A stretch of DNA of 60,576 nucleotides from an uncultured Flavobacteriales bacterium (GTDB taxonomy: Bacteria; Bacteroidota; Bacteroidia; Flavobacteriales; BACL11), in the NCBI GenBank assembly GCA_905478185.1, contig CAJQHO010000038.1, positions 1-60,576 on the forward strand. Reading direction: 5' to 3'. The stretch's first letter is position 1, and each line of letters opens with the position of its first letter. The translations under genes were made by a program, and so were the position numbers. The notes under the pieces were generated by a model. That model saw only the letters and a list, made by a program, of their open reading frames with translations, had not been told where the DNA came from and ran no database searches. Below are positions 54,306 to 60,576 of this stretch, in pieces.

Positions 54306-55342
54306 TATTTATTGTATTTTTTATTCTTAGTTCTTAAATTTTCTAATGCTTCAATAGCATAAGTATATTCTGGGTTTATTTCAATTGCCCTACTATAATC
54401 AATCTCCGCTTGCTTTACATTTCCTAAAGTTTCAAAACAATTTCCTCTTGAATAATAAGCTTCATAAAACTCAGAATTAGAATAAATTGCATCAGAAAAA
54501 TTATTTGTTGCTACATCATAAAGGCCTAATTTCATATGGATAAATCCTAAATTATAATGCCCACTACTATTAAAAGGAACTACTTTATGAAGTTCGGCAT
54601 AAGCATCTAAAGCCTTATTCCACTGCTCCATATCTTGATAAAAAAGAGCTTTATTATATAGTGTGAGTTCATCAGTAGGATTAATTCTAAGTGCATTATT
54701 ATAATAAACAACTGCAAGAGTGTCTTTTTTAACATGAAAAATCTGTCCTAACTGAACATAGGATTCATAAAAATCAGGGTTTACATTTATTGAGTTTCTG
54801 AAACAATTTATTGCAAAATTTTCCTTGCCTACTTGCCTGAATGTATAACCCAATAACATGTGAGTTTTATCTTGATTATAATCTAGTTTTAAAGAGGTAT
54901 TAAAAGATTCAATTGCCTGCTTATAACTCTTTGGATTAAATGCTCCATAAGCCATCATAAGTTCCCCCATTAAAGCATGTGAATGATAATTACCGTCATT
55001 AATCTTGATTGATTTTTCTAAATGATGCTTTACTAAAGAAGGATATTGAGGGTTAGCATTTTGCTTTTTTGAAAGCTCAAAATATATATCAGCAATATTA
55101 AATTGAAAATCCGAATTAAGAGAATCTAATCTAATAACTTCTTTATAATCAAAAAGCATAGACTCTAAATTGTTCTTTGATTTATTAAGAGCAACCCTTT
55201 CCAATAAGAGCTTAACATTTGTAGGATTTTCTTTTATTTTTTCAGATAAAACAACAATTGCTGACTTTTCTTCCTTTTTCTCATCAGAAGTACCGCAAGA
55301 GAAAGCAAATAAAAGTGCAATAAAAGCAAACTTCTTTAACAT
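54305..55342 (-). CDS. Tetratricopeptide-repeat lipoprotein
   Basis: Lipoprotein signal (FAFSCG) and multiple TPR units (A...Y..A..I.P....A). Confidence 0.75.
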   Translation of the reverse strand: MLKKFAFIALLFAFSCGTSDEKKEEKSAIVVLSEKIKENPTNVKLLLERVALNKSKNNLESMLFDYKEVIRLDSLNSDFQFNIADIYFELSKKQNANPQYPSLVKHHLEKSIKINDGNYHSHALMGELMMAYGAFNPKSYKQAIESFNTSLKLDYNQDKTHMLLGYTFRQVGKENFAINCFRNSINVNPDFYESYVQLGQIFHVKKDTLAVVYYNNALRINPTDELTLYNKALFYQDMEQWNKALDAYAELHKVVPFNSSGHYNLGFIHMKLGLYDVATNNFSDAIYSNSEFYEAYYSRGNCFETLGNVKQAEIDYSRAIEINPEYTYAIEALENLRTKNKKYNK

Positions 55343-55345
55343 AAA

Positions 55346-56347
55346 TTACTCCTGTGTAAGCGCTTCTTTAATTTTAGTTTCAATCTCTTCAGATAACTCA
55401 GGATTATCAGCAATCATTTGTTTTACTGCATCCCTACCTTGCCCAAGTTTAGTATCACCATAAGAGAACCATGAACCAGCTTTCTTTACAATATCCAAAT
55501 CAACTGCTTTATCTAAAACTTCACCTGAACGAGAAATTCCAGCTCCAAACATAATATCAAACTCTACTTTTCTGAAAGGTGGAGCAACTTTATTCTTAAC
55601 TACTTTTACTCTAGTTCTGTTCCCAATAATATCCTCACCATTTTTAATAGCCCCAATTCTTCTAATATCTAAACGAACTGACGAGTAAAATTTAAGGGCA
55701 TTTCCTCCTGTAGTAGTTTCAGGATTTCCGAACATAACCCCAATCTTCATTCTAATTTGATTGATAAAAATAACAGTACAGTTTGTTTTACTAATAGTAG
55801 CTGTCAGTTTCCTTAACGCCTGAGACATTAAACGAGCATGCAATCCCATTTTACTATCACCCATCTCTCCTTCAATCTCTGATTTTGGAGTAAGAGCAGC
55901 AACAGAATCTACTACCACTAAATCCACAGCACCTGAACTAATTAAATGATCAGCAATTTCTAATGCTTGCTCACCATTATCAGGTTGAGAAATATATAAA
56001 TTATCTACATCTACACCAAGTGCAGCTGCATAAGAAGCATCAAAAGCGTGTTCTGCATCAATAAATGCAGCAACACCACCTTGCTTTTGTACTTCAGCAA
56101 TAGCATGTATCGTTAAAGTTGTTTTCCCTGATGATTCAGGACCATAAATTTCAATCACTCTACCTCTTGGATAACCACCTATCCCTAAAGCTAAATCCAA
56201 GTTAATTGAACCTGTTGGAATTGAAGCGATATCCTCCACAACTTTATCTCCTAACTTCATTACAACTCCCTTTCCATATGTTTTTTCTAACTTACCTAAT
56301 GTAAGTTCCAATGCTTTCATTTTAGCACTTTGCTCCTTATTGCTCAT
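55346..56347 (-). CDS. recA: Recombinase RecA
   Basis: [10 protein letters not shown] Walker A, FIDAEHA and IFINQ.R.K.GV.FG.PETTTGG.ALKFY. Confidence 0.97.
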   Translation of the reverse strand: MSNKEQSAKMKALELTLGKLEKTYGKGVVMKLGDKVVEDIASIPTGSINLDLALGIGGYPRGRVIEIYGPESSGKTTLTIHAIAEVQKQGGVAAFIDAEHAFDASYAAALGVDVDNLYISQPDNGEQALEIADHLISSGAVDLVVVDSVAALTPKSEIEGEMGDSKMGLHARLMSQALRKLTATISKTNCTVIFINQIRMKIGVMFGNPETTTGGNALKFYSSVRLDIRRIGAIKNGEDIIGNRTRVKVVKNKVAPPFRKVEFDIMFGAGISRSGEVLDKAVDLDIVKKAGSWFSYGDTKLGQGRDAVKQMIADNPELSEEIETKIKEALTQE

Positions 56348-56422
56348 AGTTTTATATTTTATACAAATTAGAGAAATTCTTAATCAATCATCAAAAAAAA
56401 GACCTTTGATTTATTAACAAAT

Positions 56423-57058
56423 TTACTTTTTTGAGAAATACTTACAGATATCTGTAATACCACACCTTTCGCACTTAGGTCTTCTTGCTTTACATAAATA
56501 TCTCCCATGTAAAATAAGCCAATGATGTGCAATATTTAACTTGTCTTCAGGGAAAAGTTTCAATAACTGCAATTCGGCTTGCAAAGGGTTTTTGGCTTTA
56601 GTTGTTAAGCCAATTCTATCAGCAACCCGAAAAACATGAGTATCCACAGGCATAGCAGGAATATCATAATAAACTGAACCAACAACATTAGCAGTCTTCC
56701 TTCCTACACCAGGAAGTTTTTGCAAGTCTTCTAAATTATCAGGAACTTTGGAATCAAAATCATTTACAAGCATTTTAGCTAAACCAGACAAATATTTTGC
56801 TTTGTTTCTTGGATAAGAACAAGATTTGATTAAATCAAAAATCGCATCAATAGAGGCTTCAGCCATAACTTCAGCAACTGGCATTTCAGTAAATAAATTT
56901 TTGATAATTATATTCACTCTTTTATCAGTGCATTGAGCAGAAAGCACAACAGCAACCGTGAGTTCAAAAACATTAGTATAATCTAATTCTGTTTTTGCCT
57001 CAGGCATATTTTCAGAAAAATGAGCTATAAATTTTTGGGTTCTTTCTTTTTTATTCAC
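56423..57058 (-). CDS. nth: Endonuclease III
   Basis: HhH-GPD (LPGVGRKTANVV), catalytic Lys/Asp region, and a C-terminal 4Fe-4S cluster C..6..C..C..5..C (CKARRPKCERCGITDIC). Confidence 0.93.
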   Translation of the reverse strand: MNKKERTQKFIAHFSENMPEAKTELDYTNVFELTVAVVLSAQCTDKRVNIIIKNLFTEMPVAEVMAEASIDAIFDLIKSCSYPRNKAKYLSGLAKMLVNDFDSKVPDNLEDLQKLPGVGRKTANVVGSVYYDIPAMPVDTHVFRVADRIGLTTKAKNPLQAELQLLKLFPEDKLNIAHHWLILHGRYLCKARRPKCERCGITDICKYFSKK

Positions 57059-57075
57059 AGATACAAAGCTAAAAA

Positions 57076-57100
57076 ATAAAAGGAGGCAACCGCCTCCTTT
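57076..57100 (-). terminator. Rho-independent terminator after the 67-aa ORF
   Basis: AGGAGGC (57081-87) / GCCTCCT (57092-98) with a 4-nt loop. Minus-strand RNA continues UUUUAUUUUUU. Confidence 0.7.
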
Positions 57101-57116
57101 TAATAACCAAAACCAC

Positions 57117-57320
57117 TTAGTTTAAAGAAATTAAAAACTTATCTTTTGATTTAGTTTTAATTGCCTTTACTGAACTAGCATACGCTAGCAAAGCATCAAT
57201 TGTTTCTTTTTTTGGTCCTAAATGTGTTTCATTTAGGATTTTGTGTACCGCTTTATCAAAAGACGAAAATTCTTCTTTTAAAAGATGGTCCCACAACTTT
57301 AGAGTATAGCTTGTTATCAT
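57117..57320 (-). CDS. Hypothetical 67-aa protein downstream of the sigma factor
   Basis: ORF co-directional with the sigma gene and followed by its own terminator. No TM segment or Cys/His motifs. No family recognised. Confidence 0.45.
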   Translation of the reverse strand: MITSYTLKLWDHLLKEEFSSFDKAVHKILNETHLGPKKETIDALLAYASSVKAIKTKSKDKFLISLN

Positions 57321-57369
57321 ATATAGTGTTTTTATTATTCATTTCGCTAATTTTAACGAACACTATATA
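57320..57369 (-). promoter_or_regulatory. 11-bp inverted repeat (TATATAGTGTT/AACACTATATA) with 28-nt spacer between the sigma gene and the small ORF
   Basis: Arms at 57320-57330 and 57359-57369. The left arm abuts the small ORF start codon. Confidence 0.4.
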
Positions 57370-57391
57370 AGTATATTATATCAAAGTAACT

Positions 57392-57979
57392 TTATTTTTG
57401 AGCAAGGTCAATATTTTGCTCCTCTGCTAATTTTCTTAAATTGATAAGGGCATAACGCATTCTCCCTAGTGCAGTATTAATACTGACTCCAGTAATTTCT
57501 GATATTTGCTTGAAAGACATATCTTCAAAATATCTCATTTTTAAGACCTCCATTTGATCTTCTGGCAAATCTTTAATCAGCATATTTAAATCAGCATGAA
57601 CTCTTTTTCGAGTCATTTCTTCATCTTGCCCTCTATCCCCATTATTGATTATATCAAAAATATTAAACTCATCAGTAGTTCTGATTTTTCTCATTTTTGA
57701 TTCCTTACGGAAATGATCAATCACTAAATTATGTGCAATTCGCATCATCCAAGGCAAAAATTTCCCCTCCTCATTATATTTCCCTCTCTGCAAAGAGTTA
57801 ATTACTTTTATGAAAGTATCTTGAAAGATATCTTCAGTAATATCACGGTTTTTAATTTTTGACATGATAAAAGCAAATACTCTACTTTTATGTCTTGTCA
57901 GCAGAATTTCAAATGATGCATTATCACCATTTAAATAATTTGATACTAATTCTTTATCAGGAATTTCGCTCAATAACAT
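57392..57979 (-). CDS. RNA polymerase sigma-70 family (ECF-type) sigma factor
   Basis: Region 2 (DITEDIFQDTFIKV...WMMRIAHN..IDHFRK) and a region 4 HTH (SFKQISEITGVSINTALGRMRYA). Confidence 0.88.
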   Translation of the reverse strand: MLLSEIPDKELVSNYLNGDNASFEILLTRHKSRVFAFIMSKIKNRDITEDIFQDTFIKVINSLQRGKYNEEGKFLPWMMRIAHNLVIDHFRKESKMRKIRTTDEFNIFDIINNGDRGQDEEMTRKRVHADLNMLIKDLPEDQMEVLKMRYFEDMSFKQISEITGVSINTALGRMRYALINLRKLAEEQNIDLAQK

Positions 57980-58099
57980 ATACTCAGTTTTTAGTTAATA
58001 AAAATTTAAAGTAAATGTTTTTCTATAAGCGTATTTTTGTGTTAATTAATTGAATGACAAATATAGGAAAACAAATTTAAATATCCAAATCTTATTTCT

Positions 58100-58107
58100 T
58101 AAGTTTG
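58100..58107 (+). promoter_or_regulatory. -7 promoter element (TAAGTTTG) for uvrA
   Basis: Matches TAnnTTTG 19 nt upstream of the uvrA ATG. Confidence 0.4.
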
Positions 58108-58125
58108 CAAATTCTGTAAAACTAA

Positions 58126-60576
58126 ATGGCAAAAAAGCAAACTAATACTACTGATAATATTGAGATTAGAGGTGCAAAGCTTCATAACCTTAAAAACATC
58201 TCAATAAGCCTACCAAAAGACAAATTAATTGTCATTTCTGGAGTCTCAGGAAGTGGAAAATCATCTTTAGCCTTTGATACTTTGTTTGCAGAAGGGCAAA
58301 GAAGATACATTGAAAGTCTCTCATCTTATGCTCGTCAGTTTTTAGGAAAACTACAAAAACCTGATGTAGATGAAATATTAGGAATCTGCCCTGCTATTGC
58401 GATTGAACAGAAAACTACTACCAACAATCCAAGATCAACTATTGGTACAAGTACAGAGATATTTGATTATTTGAAATTACTATTTGCTAGAGTAGGAAAA
58501 ACCTACTCCCCTATTTCAAATAAAGAAGTAAAGCGACAACAAGTAAGTGATGTAGTTAATTTTATTAACTCTCATTTAGAAGGTGATGTGGTTATCATAC
58601 TTTCAAAGTTTACTTCTGAAAGTAAATACACTTTAGAAACCTTAACACAATTAGGATTTTCAAGAATCTACTTTGAGAATAAATTACACAAGATAAAAAG
58701 CCTTAAAAAAGATGGGATATCAATAAAAAAGAAAAAAGTTCATATTGTAATTGATAGAATTCTGCTTGATGAATTTGACAATGAAGCAAGGATAGCTGAT
58801 TCTGTTCAAACTGCATTTTTTGAAGGAAAAGGAGAATGTTCTGTTCTAGTGAATGACAAGATAAATAACTTTTCAAATAGATTTGAATTAGACGGCTTAA
58901 CATTTGAAAAACCAAGCACCAATTTATTTGCTTTTAACAACCCATATGGAGCTTGTAAAGCATGTGAAGGATACGGTTCAATACTAGGTATTGACAAGAA
59001 AAAAGTAATTAAAAACCAAAACTTATCAGTTTATCAGGGAGTAGTTGCCTGCTGGAGTGGAGAAAAATTAAGCAAATGGAAAGACCGTTTTATCATTCGC
59101 TCAGCAAAATTTGATTTTCCTGTACATAGGCCTTACAATGAATTATCAGTAGAAGAGATAGATTTGTTATGGAATGGGAAAAACAAATGCAAAGGAATCA
59201 ATCAGTTTTTTGATAAATTAGAAAGCGATAAATACAAAATACAAAATAGAGTATTAATTGCAAGGTATAGAGGAAAAACTAACTGTACAGAATGTGGAGG
59301 CAGCCGACTAAGAAAAGATGCACTTTATGTGAAAGTAGGATACAAAAATATTGCAGAAATCAACAGCATGAGCATTACAAAAGCTATAGTTTTCTTTAAA
59401 AACATAAAGTTAAATAAGGGAGATCAAAAGATAGCTGAAAGGCTTTTGTTAGAAATAAATAGCAGACTTTACTACCTCAGTGAAGTTGGGCTAGGATACC
59501 TAACTCTTGACAGAAAATCAAGCACTTTATCAGGAGGGGAATCCCAGAGAATAAAGCTAGCAACATCAATTGGAAGTTCACTTGTTGGAGCAATGTACAT
59601 ACTTGATGAGCCAAGTATTGGATTGCATTCAAAGGATACTGAACGCCTCATTAAAATTTTAAAAGAATTAAGAGATATAGGAAACACAGTAATAGTTGTA
59701 GAGCATGATGAAGAAATTATGCAAGAAGCTGATCAGATAATTGACATAGGACCAGAAGCAGGAATAAATGGTGGTGAAATTATTTACCAAGGATTCCTAA
59801 AAGATATCTTTAAGGAAAAAAGAAGTTTAACCACTCAATATTTATTAGGGAAACTTGAGATACCTACACCTATAACAAGAAGAAACCTAAAGCACAAAAT
59901 ATCTATTTCTGGAATCTATCAGCATAACCTACAAAATGTAAGTGTGGATATACTACTTGGTGGATTAACCCTAGTAACAGGAATGAGTGGCTCAGGGAAA
60001 TCAACCTTAGTAAGAGATGTGGTAAAGCCAGCAGTAAATACTTTTTTAGGGAATTACTCATCAGTAAGTAAGAATTTTGAAACAGTAAATATCACTAACA
60101 AAAACATTACTAAACTAGAATTTATTGATCAAAACCCAATTGGGAAATCCTCTCGTTCCAATCCATCTACTTACATAAAAGTATATGATGATATTAGAAA
60201 ATTATTTACTAGACAACCTCTAGCAGAAAAAAGACAATACAAAACTGGTTTTTTCTCTTTCAATGTAGATGGTGGAAGGTGCGAAAATTGCAAAGGAGAA
60301 GGAGAAACTACAGTGGAGATGCAATTTATGGCTGATGTACACTTGGAATGTGAGCATTGCAAAGGAAAAAGATTCAAAAAAGAAATACTGGAAATTAAGT
60401 TTGCAGAAAAAAACATAGCGGATATTTTAGATTTATCAGTTGATGAGGCAATTGAGTTTTTTGCGAGCAATAATGAAACAAAAATTGCATTAAAACTTCA
60501 ACCTCTACAAGATGTTGGATTGGGTTATGTGAAACTAGGACAATCCTCCAACACCCTAAGTGGTGGAGAGGCTCAA
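58126..60576 (+). CDS. uvrA: Excinuclease ABC subunit UvrA (5' 817 codons, continues past the right edge)
   Basis: Absent from the ORF track because no stop lies in the window. I hand-translated about the first 290 codons without a stop and spot-checked later motifs; the rest is inferred open from motif order, frame parity (2451 nt = 817 codons) and the spurious antisense ORFs across it. Motifs: IEIRGAKLHNLKNISISLPKDKLIVISGVSGSGKSSLAFDTLFAEGQRRYIESLS, NNPYGACKACEGYG, LSGGESQRIKLA, VVEHDEE, second Walker A GMSGSGKST, CENCKGEG...CEHCKGKR, ending at LSGGEAQ. Confidence 0.93.
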   Translation, partial: MAKKQTNTTDNIEIRGAKLHNLKNISISLPKDKLIVISGVSGSGKSSLAFDTLFAEGQRRYIESLSSYARQFLGKLQKPDVDEILGICPAIAIEQKTTTNNPRSTIGTSTEIFDYLKLLFARVGKTYSPISNKEVKRQQVSDVVNFINSHLEGDVVIILSKFTSESKYTLETLTQLGFSRIYFENKLHKIKSLKKDGISIKKKKVHIVIDRILLDEFDNEARIADSVQTAFFEGKGECSVLVNDKINNFSNRFELDGLTFEKPSTNLFAFNNPYGACKACEGYGSILGIDKKKVIKNQNLSVYQGVVACWSGEKLSKWKDRFIIRSAKFDFPVHRPYNELSVEEIDLLWNGKNKCKGINQFFDKLESDKYKIQNRVLIARYRGKTNCTECGGSRLRKDALYVKVGYKNIAEINSMSITKAIVFFKNIKLNKGDQKIAERLLLEINSRLYYLSEVGLGYLTLDRKSSTLSGGESQRIKLATSIGSSLVGAMYILDEPSIGLHSKDTERLIKILKELRDIGNTVIVVEHDEEIMQEADQIIDIGPEAGINGGEIIYQGFLKDIFKEKRSLTTQYLLGKLEIPTPITRRNLKHKISISGIYQHNLQNVSVDILLGGLTLVTGMSGSGKSTLVRDVVKPAVNTFLGNYSSVSKNFETVNITNKNITKLEFIDQNPIGKSSRSNPSTYIKVYDDIRKLFTRQPLAEKRQYKTGFFSFNVDGGRCENCKGEGETTVEMQFMADVHLECEHCKGKRFKKEILEIKFAEKNIADILDLSVDEAIEFFASNNETKIALKLQPLQDVGLGYVKLGQSSNTLSGGEAQ

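Noticed and set aside
58703-60470. Minus-strand ORFs at 58703-58915, 58806-58997, 59472-59687 and 60171-60470
   Set aside because: All lie opposite the plus-strand uvrA frame. uvrA is missing from the track only because it has no stop in the window.
1-60576. CRISPR arrays, rRNA/tRNA genes, transposases, integrases, phage or defence-system genes
   Set aside because: None were seen. Every gap over 150 bp was read on both strands, and only the promoter, terminator and repeat elements listed above were found. The window is core chromosome apart from the 11.6-24.4 kb region.

Overview
This is a 60.6-kb, AT-rich chromosomal segment. It looks like Bacteroidota, probably Flavobacteriia-like: a T9SS C-terminal sorting domain, TAnnTTTG-type -7 promoter elements, little Shine-Dalgarno signal, and DUF4159/DUF1573/DUF5683/DUF3276 genes. 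About 72 CDS are supported, and most are core housekeeping: dnaA, parAB, recA, mutL, a uvrA 5' part, nth, thrS-infC-rpmI-rplT, rpmB, nusB, yajC, lepB, dapB, rsmE, rlmD, tsaC, coaE, bshA, rocD, a methylmalonyl-CoA mutase and an acyl-CoA carboxyltransferase. I found no rRNA, tRNA, CRISPR array, transposase or integrase. The stand-out region is an unbroken minus-strand gene train at 11.6-24.4 kb. A Crp/Fnr-family regulator sits at the end of a rocD operon. It is followed by two operon starts that carry a near-identical palindrome (TTGTAACA-TT-TGTTACA) at identical spacing from a TTTATTTG -7-like element. These precede rhodanese, thioredoxin, small Cys-bearing membrane proteins, a lipoprotein rhodanese-thioredoxin fusion, TauE, a CstB-like persulfide dioxygenase and a methyltransferase. 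The train runs straight on into a Cys-rich cell-envelope module: a membrane Cys-rich protein, a TonB-dependent receptor, a periplasmic HMA protein with a non-canonical Cys motif, a T9SS-sorted CGPC thioredoxin-fold protein and an outer-membrane barrel with a GCCSGG N-terminus. I read this as a candidate uncharacterised, envelope-spanning system for reactive sulfur or thiophilic metals, with a Crp/Fnr-type regulator not known for this role. Other notable items:
- a tandemly duplicated hairpin-plus-terminator module behind a 26-aa hydrophobic ORF upstream of rocD
- a 39-aa translationally coupled ORF missing from the ORF track
- a fused MutA-like/MutB mutase
- a split, order-permuted 5'-nucleotidase
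- a GH3/beta-lactamase-fold fusion
- a non-AUG infC start
- several intergenic repeats
All functional calls come from motif and family recognition by eye. No database search was run.
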